This document shows, one piece after another, positions 17,896 through 27,467 of a stretch of 64,000 bases of DNA. How positions within the stretch are numbered: position 1 is the stretch's first letter; every line of letters begins with the position of its first letter. The notes below the pieces were generated by a model. The model was given only the letters and a program-made list of their open reading frames with translations, did not search any database and was not told the origin of the DNA. The position numbers and the translations under genes were made by a program. The DNA comes from Geopsychrobacteraceae bacterium (GTDB taxonomy: Bacteria > Desulfobacterota > Desulfuromonadia > Desulfuromonadales > Geopsychrobacteraceae), in assembly GCA_963676795.2 (NCBI GenBank), contig CAXXTB010000002.1, positions 2,080,001-2,144,000 on the forward strand, given 5' to 3'.

Positions 17896-18130
17896 CTCCC
17901 AAAGACAACATCAGCGCAAAAATAACAATTCTGGTTATCTTTACCGCTGAATCTTTTATGAGTCAAGAAGAATTATAACAGCAACAGTCATCATTACAAT
18001 TCAACTAAGTTTATATTTTTGTTGATCATTTTCAAAAAGATTCACCAGTACATTCTTGACCTGTCCGCTACCATCGGAGACTCTGGCTGAATTTTGCGGA
18101 TTTACTAGACCTCGGCCCCAAGAGAATGTC

Positions 18131-20029
18131 ATGATGAGCCGCTTTGATCAGGTACAGCTTGACAGGATAGCCATGAGTTTCAAAAAAAACGATCCATGCA
18201 CATTTCTTCCGACCACCCGCCAGGAGATGGACCAGCGCAACTGGGAAGAACTCGATGTTCTTTTCATCAATGGAGATGCCTACGTCGATCACCCGGCCTT
18301 CGGAGTGCCGCTGTTGGCGCGCCTGCTCGAAAGTAAGGGGTTCCGTGTCGGTATCATTTCCCAGCCCGACTGGAAGAACCCGGAAACACTGACAATCATG
18401 GGCCGCCCCAGGCTGTTTGCCGCAATCTCGGCGGGGGCGATGGACTCCATGGTCAATCATTACACGGCGGCTAGAAAGATCCGCCGCGACGATGCCTACA
18501 CCCCGGGCGGAATGGCCGGGAAACGCCCCAACCGTGCGGTTGTCGCCTACACCTCCGCCGTCAAGGGGGCCTTCAAAGGGCTGCCGACCATTATCGGCGG
18601 GATCGAAGCGAGTTTGCGCCGGTTGGCCCATTACGATTACTGGGACGACAAGGTCAGAAGATCGGTTCTCATCGACAGCAAAGCGGACCTGCTACTCTAC
18701 GGCATGGCGGAAACAGCCCTGCTTGAAATTACACAGCGGCTGGCGACCGGTGAAACGATCCAGCAGATAAGGGATATCCGTGGTACGGCATTTCTGGACA
18801 AAGAAGCTCCTGAAAAGGCATTGCGACTCCCCTCCTATGAACAGGTCGAGGACGATGTCGATGCCTACGGGCGTACCTTCAGACTGGCCAGTGAACAGGA
18901 CAACCCTTACACTGCCGGGATCTTGGCCCAACAGCATGCCCGACGGTTTGTCATCGTCAATCCGCCCGCCCTGCCGTTGACAACCGAACAGCTCGATGAG
19001 ATCTACGCACTCCCCTTTTGCCGCGCGCCCCATCCGTCGTACCGGGAAAAAATTCCGGCCTACACCCAGATCCGCCATTCGATCACCAGCCATCGCGGCT
19101 GCTTCGGCGGCTGCGCCTTCTGCGCCATCACCCACCACCAGGGTAAATTCATTCAGTCCCGCTCACAGGAATCGATTCTGAACGAGATTGACAGGCTCAC
19201 CGTCCAGACCGACTTTCATGGCACGATCAGCGATATCGGCGGCCCGACAGCCAACATGTATGGCCTGTCCTGCAACAATCCCCAGGCAATGAGCCGCTGC
19301 CGCAGAGCGAGCTGCCTCTATCCGCAGATCTGCCCTAACCTGAACTGTGACGACCAGGCGGCCGTCAGCCTGCTAAAAAAGATCAGTGCAAACCAGAGAG
19401 TCAGGCACGTCTTTATCGCGTCCGGAATCCGCTATGATCTGCTCGCCAGACAGCGTCGTTACTTCGATGAACTGATTCAGCATCATATCAGCGGCCTGCT
19501 GAAGGTCGCCCCCGAATCGACGGTTGACCGGGTGACCGATGTCATGCGCAAGCCCGGAGCGCAAGTCTTCATCGATTTTCTGGAAAAATTCCGCCAGCGT
19601 AACCTTGAACTTGGTCTGCGCCAGGCGCTTGTTCCCTACCTGATCAGCGGACATCCGGGCTGCACCCTCGAAGACATGCTGGAAGTCGCCCTGTTTCTGA
19701 AACGCCACGGGCTGAAAGTCGAGCAGGTTCAGGATTTCACCCCGACACCGGGTAGCCTTTCGACCTGTATATTCCATACCGGGAAAGACCCCTACACCAA
19801 CAAGCCTGTCCACATTCCGCGCTCCGCCAGGGAGAAGAGACTGCAGAAAGCCCTGCTGCTCTATCATCTGCCGGAGATGCGTAACGATCTCAAAGAGGCC
19901 CTGCGCCAGTGTGGCAAAGAGCAGCTGCTTGAGCAATTCTGTGACCCGGGAGCAAAACGCTCAAAGAGTAACGTCCTGCCGCGCAAGTCAACCGCCAGCG
20001 CCAAACGTTCAATACGTAAGAAACGTTAA
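18131..20029 (+). CDS. YgiQ/UPF0313 radical SAM protein
   Basis: GDAYVDHP, MDSMVNHYT, HRGCFGGCAFC, GGPTANMY, QVQDFTPTP. Start at 18131 or 18173. Confidence 0.92.
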   Translation: MMSRFDQVQLDRIAMSFKKNDPCTFLPTTRQEMDQRNWEELDVLFINGDAYVDHPAFGVPLLARLLESKGFRVGIISQPDWKNPETLTIMGRPRLFAAISAGAMDSMVNHYTAARKIRRDDAYTPGGMAGKRPNRAVVAYTSAVKGAFKGLPTIIGGIEASLRRLAHYDYWDDKVRRSVLIDSKADLLLYGMAETALLEITQRLATGETIQQIRDIRGTAFLDKEAPEKALRLPSYEQVEDDVDAYGRTFRLASEQDNPYTAGILAQQHARRFVIVNPPALPLTTEQLDEIYALPFCRAPHPSYREKIPAYTQIRHSITSHRGCFGGCAFCAITHHQGKFIQSRSQESILNEIDRLTVQTDFHGTISDIGGPTANMYGLSCNNPQAMSRCRRASCLYPQICPNLNCDDQAAVSLLKKISANQRVRHVFIASGIRYDLLARQRRYFDELIQHHISGLLKVAPESTVDRVTDVMRKPGAQVFIDFLEKFRQRNLELGLRQALVPYLISGHPGCTLEDMLEVALFLKRHGLKVEQVQDFTPTPGSLSTCIFHTGKDPYTNKPVHIPRSAREKRLQKALLLYHLPEMRNDLKEALRQCGKEQLLEQFCDPGAKRSKSNVLPRKSTASAKRSIRKKR

Positions 20030-20173
20030 AATTCAGCTCGTCAGGATGCAGTTCTGAAATCTCGGGCTATACTAGTCAGGAGGGTGCCTAATGACCGTTG
20101 TGAACCCACGCATCAGCAGGGACAGGTAAGAGATTGAGCGCGTGAATAAATGATCAATGCGGTGAGAAAAAAC

Positions 20174-20317
20174 ATGGACAACGACCAGGAACTGGATCAG
20201 AAAATCATTCAGAAAAACAACCAGCAGCTGAAAAAACTGGAGGAGAGAATCACCGTCCTGCAGCAGGAAGCCACAAAGCTGGAATCAGAGATACAGGTGC
20301 TACTTGTCGATAAATAA
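20174..20317 (+). CDS. 47-aa coiled-coil hypothetical protein
   Basis: MDNDQELDQKIIQKNNQQLKKLEERITVLQQEATKLESEIQVLLVDK*. Heptad pattern; ends at a terminator. Confidence 0.5.
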   Translation: MDNDQELDQKIIQKNNQQLKKLEERITVLQQEATKLESEIQVLLVDK

Positions 20318-20348
20318 AAAAGGGCTGCTCATTCGGGCAGCCCTTTTT
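20317..20348. terminator. Bidirectional rho-independent terminator
   Basis: AAAAAGGGCTGC...GCAGCCCTTTTT. Confidence 0.85.
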
Positions 20349-20359
20349 CGTTTATCCGA

Positions 20360-20740
20360 TCAGGACTCGGCGATCCACTGGCCGTGCAGATTACAGTACT
20401 CACGAGCGGTAACCTTGGATGCCGTGATATTGAAGGTTGCCTGCGGAGCAGCACCTGGCTTGAGGTACTCACGATAGACCTTGTCATCAGCAATCAGCTC
20501 AATCCACTCAATGTAGTGGGCATCTTCCATCGGATGAGCAACGCTACCGACCTTGACAGTGATGGTCCCGTCACCGAATTCAATAACAGGAACATGTTTT
20601 TCAGTTGCAGCGTCAACACTGTTCTCGGCCATCAGTTTCATATTCTCACCACAACACACCAGCGGTGCCGCGCCACCGTGCATAACTTCAACGATATTGC
20701 CGCAATGGATACATTTGTAAACTTCAAGTCTCTTAGGCAT
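20360..20740 (-). CDS. dfx: Desulfoferrodoxin (2Fe superoxide reductase)
   Basis: YKCIHCGN...LVCCG, EKHVP, HPM...HYIEWI, YCNLHG. Confidence 0.96.
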   Translation of the reverse strand: MPKRLEVYKCIHCGNIVEVMHGGAAPLVCCGENMKLMAENSVDAATEKHVPVIEFGDGTITVKVGSVAHPMEDAHYIEWIELIADDKVYREYLKPGAAPQATFNITASKVTAREYCNLHGQWIAES

Positions 20741-21035
20741 GGGTTGGTCCTCCTTGATAAAATTGAGTGTCCGGCTGCAACTTAAAAAGAGCCGACAGGT
20801 TCGGCCGGTCTGACGCCCCTGTCGTCAGGAACCTGGGCATATTACCACTGCCCGAATAAAATTTCACCCCTTTGGTAATATTTTTACGGGAAGCGTTTTT
20901 TTCATCAAAATCTTAACAGAAAATTTTCACTCTGCATGTCGAAGTTGTTCAAGCCGTTCATGATGAAGGCTACGCACCGCAATCCTGGCTCAGCCATGCT
21001 AAAATTTTATCAGACAACTCAGGCCGGAGGACGCT

Positions 21036-22700
21036 ATGCAACCCAATGATCAGCAACCAGCTTCATCCACGCCCAGACCGATTCAACAGATTGCCGAAAA
21101 GCTCGGAATAGATCCGGAAGACCTCAGTCTCTACGGACAGAATATCGCTAAAATCGATCTCAAAGCCCTGCAGCGTCCGGCCCGAAACCAGGGGCAACTG
21201 ATCCTGGTCTCGGCAACCACACCAACGGTCTCCGGAGAAGGCAAAACGACGACAACGATAGGACTGGGGCAGGCGCTCGCTCGCCTGGGCAAATCGGTCT
21301 GTATCGCCCTCCGCCAACCCTCCCTGGGACCATGCCTCGGCATAAAGGGGGGTGCCACCGGAGGCGGAGCCAGTCAGGTCGTACCGGCAGACCGGATCAA
21401 TCTGCACTTTACAGGGGATATGCATGCGGTCTCCTGTGCCAACAATCTGCTGGCAGCCACACTCGACAATCACATCTTTCAGGGGAACAGTCTGGCTATC
21501 GACCCACGGCGGATTCTTTGGCGCAGGGCCATCGACATGAATGATCGCAGCCTGCGCCATATCGTACTCGGCCTCGGTGGCAACAAACAGGGGGTTCCGC
21601 GTGAGGGAGGCTTCGATATCAGTGCCGCCTCTGAAGTCATGGCCATGCTCTGCCTCGCTTCAGACATAGACGATCTCAGACGGCGCCTGGAACGGACCCT
21701 GGTGGCGTTTACATACGCTGGCGAACCGATCTATGCCAAGGACCTCCGTATCACCGAAGCGATGCTGGTGCTGCTCAGGGATGCCCTCCAGCCAAACCTG
21801 GTCCAGACCACGGAAGGGGTTCCCGCGCTGATCCATGGTGGCCCCTTCGCAAACATCGCCCATGGCTGCAGCAGCCTGTTGGCTACCCGATTGGCTTGCC
21901 ACTCTACAGACTGGGCGATCACCGAAGCCGGCTTCGGTTTTGATCTGGGGGCGGAAAAGTTCTTCGACATCAAATGCAGGCTGGGTCATCTCGATCCGCA
22001 GGTCGTTGTGCTTGTGACAACGGTCAGAGCGCTGAAGAGGCACGGAGGAGCGACTGCCGATGAGCTTGCAAGAGAAGATCTGCAAGCGTTGAGCAACGGT
22101 CTCGCCAATCTGGAAAAACACATTGAAAACGTGCAGAAATTCGGCAAACAACCGGTGGTTGCCATCAATCGTTTCAGTTCGGACCGTCACACCGAACTGG
22201 ATATCATCCTGGAGTATTGTAAAACGCTGAAGATTTCTGCGGCTGTCTGCGACCACTTCCACAGAGGTGGAGAGGGGGCTCTGGATCTTGCTGCAAAGGT
22301 CATCGACGCCGCCCGGGATAGTCGTTCCTGGCGCCCCCTCTACCAACTCGACCTGCCGGTCGAAGAAAAAATCCGTATCATCAGCCGCGAAATGTATGGC
22401 GCTGATGACGTGGCCTTCACCAAGCAGGCCGAACGCGACCTGGAGGAGATCCGCCGCCTGCACTATGCGGATCTGCCTGTCTGCATTGCCAAGGCTCCCG
22501 GCTCACTGTCTGACAATCCGATGCTCTATGGTCGTCCCCGCCATTTCGATATCACAGTCCACTCCCTGCAGGTCAATTCCGGCGCAGGCTTCCTGGTGGC
22601 CCTGACCGGGGATATCCTGCGCATGCCGGGACTACCCAGACATCCGGCAGCAGAACACTGGCGGTTGCTGGAAGATGGCTCGATTGCAGGCCTGGGTTAA
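21036..22700 (+). CDS. fhs: Formate--tetrahydrofolate ligase
   Basis: GEGKTT, KGGATGGG, INLHFTGD, HGGPFANIAHG, TEAGFG.DLGAEKF, MPGLP. Confidence 0.96.
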   Translation: MQPNDQQPASSTPRPIQQIAEKLGIDPEDLSLYGQNIAKIDLKALQRPARNQGQLILVSATTPTVSGEGKTTTTIGLGQALARLGKSVCIALRQPSLGPCLGIKGGATGGGASQVVPADRINLHFTGDMHAVSCANNLLAATLDNHIFQGNSLAIDPRRILWRRAIDMNDRSLRHIVLGLGGNKQGVPREGGFDISAASEVMAMLCLASDIDDLRRRLERTLVAFTYAGEPIYAKDLRITEAMLVLLRDALQPNLVQTTEGVPALIHGGPFANIAHGCSSLLATRLACHSTDWAITEAGFGFDLGAEKFFDIKCRLGHLDPQVVVLVTTVRALKRHGGATADELAREDLQALSNGLANLEKHIENVQKFGKQPVVAINRFSSDRHTELDIILEYCKTLKISAAVCDHFHRGGEGALDLAAKVIDAARDSRSWRPLYQLDLPVEEKIRIISREMYGADDVAFTKQAERDLEEIRRLHYADLPVCIAKAPGSLSDNPMLYGRPRHFDITVHSLQVNSGAGFLVALTGDILRMPGLPRHPAAEHWRLLEDGSIAGLG

Positions 22701-22823
22701 TCCTTTCCGACCGGCGTTCTGAGTTTGTTGCAGGAAAAACCGCAGAGTCTTCCGCACCCGTCGCTAAAAAGCATGCAATTCCAGAAAGATAAGCTGATAA
22801 GACCGTGACCTGAACTTTTTTTG

Positions 22824-22852
22824 CTGACGCGCGCCGGATGATTTTTTATAAT
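22824..22852 (+). promoter_or_regulatory. Sigma70 promoter of the ncRNA
   Basis: CTGACG-N17-TATAAT about 10 nt before the predicted RNA stem. Confidence 0.6.
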
Positions 22853-22863
22853 GGCCTCATAGA

Positions 22864-23049
22864 ATAACTCTCTGCCCTTCAGGTGAGGTCAGAACGTCCA
22901 CTCGGAATACTTTATTTTCGGGGTTTTCTTTCAAGAGTCTGGTGTGCCTGCCCACCTTTAGAGTGGGACGCCTAAAAGACGCATAGAGGACCCCACCTCA
23001 TTGGCACTCGATGTGAGTCCAATGACCCACGGGAGTGGTGGAGAGTTGT
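22864..23049 (+). ncRNA. ssrS: Probable 6S RNA
   Basis: About 186-nt rod. Closing stem ATAACTCTC/GAGAGTTGT and GGTCA/TGACC; central bubble; GGGGTTTTCT/AGAGGACCCC; apical GTCT-GGTGT-CCCAC/GTGGG-ACGCC-AGAC. It has its own promoter and terminator. Confidence 0.7.
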
Positions 23050-23055
23050 CGATTT

Positions 23056-23092
23056 AAAGGACCTGGCCTGGGCCAGTGTCCTTTTCTTTTTT
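23056..23092 (+). terminator. Rho-independent terminator after the ncRNA
   Basis: AAAGGAC-CTGGCC..GGCCAG-TGTCCTTT then a U-tract. Confidence 0.7.
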
Positions 23093-23160
23093 GTGCATAG
23101 CCCTACCGGGTTTCGCTGTGCTAGACTGCGACGCTGTTGATTATTGAATTTTTCTGAACA

Positions 23161-24360
23161 TTGGAGTTTCGCTTGAACGAAAATGCTGAGTGCACCAGCG
23201 ATTACACCCGGGTCCTGATCGATGACAAGGAAATCATCCTGGTCGGCACCGCCCATATCTCGCAGGAATCGGTTGACGAAGTCATTCGCACCATTGATGA
23301 ACTCGATCCCGACACAGTCTGTGTCGAACTGGATGAGCAGCGCTACCAGGCGCTGATCAACAAGACTGGCTGGGAATCTCTCAACCTCAAGGAGGTCATC
23401 AAGAAGAAGCAGATGCTTTTCCTGCTGACGAACCTCGCGCTCTCCTCCTATCAGAAAAGGATGGGCCTGAATACCGGTGTACAGCCCGGGGCAGAGTTGG
23501 CTGCGGCCGCCCAGAGCGCCGAGGACAAAGGCAAGCGGGTCGTGTTGATTGACCGGAATATCCGCACCACTCTGCTGCGCTGCTGGCGTAAGGCGGGTTT
23601 CTGGAACAAGATGAAAGTCCTCGCCAGTCTGTTTGCCAGCCTCTTCGAAAAACAGGATTTAAGCGAAGAAGAGCTCACTAAACTGCGCCAGAACGACACC
23701 CTGTCAAGCATGCTTGAAGAGATGGGCAAGATCCTGCCAGCAGTAAAGCGGATTCTGGTCGATGAGCGGGACATCTACATGGCTCACCATATCCGTAATG
23801 CGCCGGGTACGACAATTGTCGCTGTCGTCGGCGCAGCTCATATGCCGGGAATCATCCGCATGTTGCAGGGTCCGGCTTCGACACCTGAGCTGATCCAGGA
23901 AATCTCTACGATCCCGCCTAAGAGCAGGATCTCGAAATTCATTCCCTGGTTGCTCCCTGCTATCGTCGTCGCCCTGTTTATCGGTGGTTTTTTTTATGGT
24001 GACAGGTCGCAACTGGCCAGCGCCGCTGTTGCCTGGATTCTGGCCAACGGCACCTTTTCTGCCGTCGGGGCCGTTCTGGCCTTAGGCCATCCGGCGACTA
24101 TCGTCTGTGCCTTTGTTGCCGCACCGATCACTTCGCTGAACCCGACTATCGGTGCCGGCTTTGTGACCGGTTTTGTCCAGTCCTGGGTCGCACCTCCGAC
24201 GGTTCGTGACATGGAACACGTTGGTGATGACCTGGTCAAACTCAGAGGCTGGTGGCAAAACCGCCTGGCCCGGGTGCTGCTGGTTTTCCTGTTTTCGTCG
24301 CTGGGATCATCAATCGGCACCTTTGTTGCGCTTCACTGGCTAAAAGACCTAATATCGTAG
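23161..24360 (+). CDS. TraB/PrgY/GumN family protein with C-terminal membrane domain
   Basis: LVGTAHIS..S, VCVELD..R, PGAE, LIDRNI, LVDERD.YM, AVVGAAH. Start may be TTG 23173 (GGAG RBS). Confidence 0.9.
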   Translation: MEFRLNENAECTSDYTRVLIDDKEIILVGTAHISQESVDEVIRTIDELDPDTVCVELDEQRYQALINKTGWESLNLKEVIKKKQMLFLLTNLALSSYQKRMGLNTGVQPGAELAAAAQSAEDKGKRVVLIDRNIRTTLLRCWRKAGFWNKMKVLASLFASLFEKQDLSEEELTKLRQNDTLSSMLEEMGKILPAVKRILVDERDIYMAHHIRNAPGTTIVAVVGAAHMPGIIRMLQGPASTPELIQEISTIPPKSRISKFIPWLLPAIVVALFIGGFFYGDRSQLASAAVAWILANGTFSAVGAVLALGHPATIVCAFVAAPITSLNPTIGAGFVTGFVQSWVAPPTVRDMEHVGDDLVKLRGWWQNRLARVLLVFLFSSLGSSIGTFVALHWLKDLIS

Positions 24361-24406
24361 CCATAGTTTTTTCTTCAGATCGTCATTTCTGTACAGGAGA
24401 TCCAAC

Positions 24407-25138
24407 GTGTCTGCCCAATACCGGCGTCAGCAGTTTTTCATAAAAAACACCCTGCGCGGCAGTTCCCTGACCCAGATTCTCATCTACGTCAATCTGATCC
24501 TCTTCACCCTGATGGTTCTGCATGGAACAATCCTCGGGGTCGGGATGGGAGCCATCATCAACCCACCATCACGCCTGCTCGCCCACTGGGGCGCTCAGTA
24601 CTGGCCGTTGGCCATCGATGCACATCAATGGTGGCGCTGCCTGACCTATGCCTATACCCACGGAGGGATCATCCACCTCGGTTTCAACATGGTCGTCCTC
24701 TATCAGGTCGGGCCACTGATTGAAGCGGAGATCGGCTGGTCCAGACTGTTCACGCTCTACACCATAAGTGCCTTTGTTGCTACTCTGGCTGGCTTTTTCT
24801 GGCACCCTGTCGCCATCGTTGTCGGCGCTTCCGGAGCGATCTTCGGCCTGATCGGCTTCTCTATCAGCTATTATCACCGGATCGGTGGTGCGCTGGCCCT
24901 GCAACGCCGCAACTTCATGTTCCAGTGGGCGGTCATGGCCTTCATTTTCGGCATCGTTGTCGGCGCCGACAATGCGGCTCACCTTGGCGGCCTGATCGCC
25001 GGACTGGCCATCGGCTGGTTCATGCCGACAACCATCCGTTCACAGAAAAAATCAGACCCGCTGTTTCGCGCTGTTGCAGTCATCTGCGCAATCCTGACAA
25101 TTATCAGCCTGGTTTCCATTCCCCTGTCCTGGTTGTGA
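24407..25138 (+). CDS. Rhomboid intramembrane serine protease
   Basis: WWR, HLGFNM, VGASGAIFG, AHLGG. Confidence 0.93.
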   Translation: MSAQYRRQQFFIKNTLRGSSLTQILIYVNLILFTLMVLHGTILGVGMGAIINPPSRLLAHWGAQYWPLAIDAHQWWRCLTYAYTHGGIIHLGFNMVVLYQVGPLIEAEIGWSRLFTLYTISAFVATLAGFFWHPVAIVVGASGAIFGLIGFSISYYHRIGGALALQRRNFMFQWAVMAFIFGIVVGADNAAHLGGLIAGLAIGWFMPTTIRSQKKSDPLFRAVAVICAILTIISLVSIPLSWL

Positions 25139-25145
25139 GCGCGTC

Positions 25146-25628
25146 ATGGCCAAGGAAAAACTCCCCGGAACCCAGGCGATCCGCCTTCTCAAACAGCATA
25201 GGGTCGACTTTACTGCGCATAGCTATAAATATGAGGACAAGGGCGGAACAGCGACCAGTTCAAGGGAACTGGGCGTCGACGAACACCAGGTGATCAAAAC
25301 CCTGATCATGGAAGACGAGAACAGCAAACCACTGATCATTCTGATGCACGGGGATTGCGAGGTGTCGCAGAAACAGCTCGCCAGAGAAATCGGCTGCAAG
25401 CAGGTCACCCCCTGCTGTCACGACAAGGCTGACCGGGTGACCGGTTATCAGACCGGAGGCATCTCTCCATTTGGAACCAGGCAGAAACTGCCGGTCTACA
25501 TGGAGGCCTCGATCATGGAGCTGCCACGCATTTACATCAACGGCGGCAAAAGAGGTCTGCTGGTCGAGATTTATCCCGAAGACCTGGTCAGGGTGCTCAA
25601 TCCGACCCGGGTCTCGGTCGCCAATTAA
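25146..25628 (+). CDS. ybaK: Cys-tRNA(Pro) deacylase
   Basis: VIKTL, TGYQTGGISPFG, INGGKRG. Confidence 0.92.
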   Translation: MAKEKLPGTQAIRLLKQHRVDFTAHSYKYEDKGGTATSSRELGVDEHQVIKTLIMEDENSKPLIILMHGDCEVSQKQLAREIGCKQVTPCCHDKADRVTGYQTGGISPFGTRQKLPVYMEASIMELPRIYINGGKRGLLVEIYPEDLVRVLNPTRVSVAN

Positions 25629-25644
25629 GAAGGTTATACAAAAC

Positions 25645-26475
25645 ATGGAACAAGAACAACTCAGTGCTATCGCCGAAACCATTATCAACGCCAAGGGGCT
25701 GATCATTTCCGCCGGATCGGGGATGAGCGTCGACTCAGGCCTGCCCGACTTTCGCGGCGGCAAAGGATTCTGGGATGCCTATCCACACTACAAGGAACAG
25801 AACATTGACTTTGCAGACGTTGCCAACTTTCAGAACCTGCTGAAAGACCCTGCCACGGGCTGGGGTTTCTATGGTCAGAGAGCCAACCTCTATCGGCGCC
25901 TGAAACCGCACAGGGGCTACCAGATGCTGCTTGACTGGTGCGCGCGTTACAACCTGGAGAGCTTCGTTGTCACCACCAATGTCGACTGCCAGTTCCAGAT
26001 GGCCGGTTTTCCGGAAGAGAGCATCCTCGAGATGCACGGCACGGTCCATCACCTGCAGTGTACAGTCCCCTGCTGCGACGCAATCTGGGAAAACACTGAA
26101 CCGATCCCAGTTGACGAACAGACCATGCAGGCCCTGGAGATCCCCAAGTGTCCACACTGTGGTGAACTGGCCCGCCCGAATATCCTGATGTATGAAGATC
26201 ATCGCTGGAATTACCAGCGGATCGGAACGCAGGAACAGGCCTTTGAAAAGTTCCTGCAGGAGCGCCAGAACGATCCGCTGGTCATCATCGAGCTGGGGGC
26301 TGGGATCTGGGTGCCGACCTTGCGGCTGATGAGCGAAAAGTTCGGCCAGCAGCCCAACGTCAGGGTCATTCGCGTCAATCCCAAAGAGAACTTCATCACG
26401 CCACCACACTTTTCCTGTGCCGGCGGGGCTCTTGAGGTTATTGAAGAGATCGACCAGGAACTGCGCTCGTTGTAA
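25645..26475 (+). CDS. Sirtuin-family NAD-dependent deacylase, copy 1
   Basis: AGSGMSVDSGLPDFRG, TNVD, MHG, Zn-binding Cys, ARPNIL, ELGAG. Start moved to ATG 25645. Confidence 0.9.
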   Translation: MEQEQLSAIAETIINAKGLIISAGSGMSVDSGLPDFRGGKGFWDAYPHYKEQNIDFADVANFQNLLKDPATGWGFYGQRANLYRRLKPHRGYQMLLDWCARYNLESFVVTTNVDCQFQMAGFPEESILEMHGTVHHLQCTVPCCDAIWENTEPIPVDEQTMQALEIPKCPHCGELARPNILMYEDHRWNYQRIGTQEQAFEKFLQERQNDPLVIIELGAGIWVPTLRLMSEKFGQQPNVRVIRVNPKENFITPPHFSCAGGALEVIEEIDQELRSL

Positions 26476-26507
26476 CAAACCCGGCCCCGTCGAATTAAGG
26501 AGCAGGA

Positions 26508-27338
26508 ATGAAGTCCCCTGATTATGCAGCTCTGGCACAAAAAATCGTTCAGGCCGAAGCTCTGGTCATAACAGCCGGAGCAGGCATGGGGGTCGATTCC
26601 GGCCTCCCCGATTTTCGCGGTGATCAGGGCTTCTGGCAGGCATACCCGATGTACCAACATCTGGGTTTAAGCTTTGTCGATGCTGCCAATCCGGTCCACT
26701 TCGGCGCGGATCCGGCTTTTGGCTGGGGCTTTTACGGCCATCGCACCAACCTCTATCGCCAGACAGTTCCCCATCAGGGGTTCACGCTTCTCAGGCAGTG
26801 GGGACAGGCCTACGGACAGGAGACATTTGTGGTCACCTCCAACGTCGATGGTCAGTTTCAAAAGGCAGGTTTTTCAGATCAACAGATTCTCGAAGTCCAC
26901 GGCTCGATTCACCATCTGCAATGTACAACCCCATGCACGCATGATATCTGGCCAAACGATGAACATCTCGATATCGACCTCGCGACCATGCGTTCAAAAC
27001 AGATACCGCGCTGTCCAGCCTGCAAGGCCGCTGCCCGCCCGAACATACTGATGTTTGGAGACTACAGCTGGCTGCACCAGAGAACAGGCCGGCAGGAGAG
27101 CACATTTCATTCCTACCTGTCCCGCAATCAGACAAAAAAAATGGTTGTCATTGAGATCGGCGCCGGCAGTGCTATTCCGACCATTCGCCACCTGAGTGAA
27201 AACCTCGGCCGCCGGCAACAGTGTACCGTCATCCGCATCAATCCACGCGAAGCAGAAATTATCGGGCCACATCATTCCTGCCAAGGTGGAGCCCTGAAAA
27301 CCCTGGAAGCGATCGACAAGGCACTGAAGTCGGCCTGA
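26508..27338 (+). CDS. Sirtuin-family NAD-dependent deacylase, copy 2
   Basis: AGAGMGVDSGLPDFRG, SNVDG, VHGS, Zn-binding Cys, ARPNILMFGD, EIGAG. Confidence 0.92.
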   Translation: MKSPDYAALAQKIVQAEALVITAGAGMGVDSGLPDFRGDQGFWQAYPMYQHLGLSFVDAANPVHFGADPAFGWGFYGHRTNLYRQTVPHQGFTLLRQWGQAYGQETFVVTSNVDGQFQKAGFSDQQILEVHGSIHHLQCTTPCTHDIWPNDEHLDIDLATMRSKQIPRCPACKAAARPNILMFGDYSWLHQRTGRQESTFHSYLSRNQTKKMVVIEIGAGSAIPTIRHLSENLGRRQQCTVIRINPREAEIIGPHHSCQGGALKTLEAIDKALKSA

Positions 27339-27467
27339 CAGCGACCCGACGACTTCAATTGACAAAGTTTTCATAATCGTTATTATTTAAGCTATATACG
27401 CGTTGATACTATTAAAAATGAAAAGAACGGAGGACATAAACACACCCAGACGATAGGAACACAACTT

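Noticed and set aside
20788..20840. CCTGGGCA upstream of fhs suggested a ZTP (pfl) riboswitch
   Set aside because: The 5' GACUGGCG/GUGG..CCAC elements are absent. The hairpin CAGGTTC..CTGACG/CGTCAG..GAACCTG fits better as the 5' end of the divergent dfx mRNA.
22972..23256. Track ORFs over the ncRNA and repeats (also 10070-10348, 14559-14828, 45023-45295)
   Set aside because: They overlap structured non-coding elements and show no protein-like motifs.
25645..27338. Sirtuins as anti-phage SIR2 NADases or SirTM ADP-ribosyltransferases
   Set aside because: Both keep the Zn domain and catalytic His. No HerA, Argonaute, TIR, macrodomain or GcvH-L partner is adjacent.
27357..27388. Fur-like box at the MshEN-REC promoter
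   Set aside because: Only a partial match with wrong half-site spacing; explained by an AT-rich TTGACA/TATTAT promoter.
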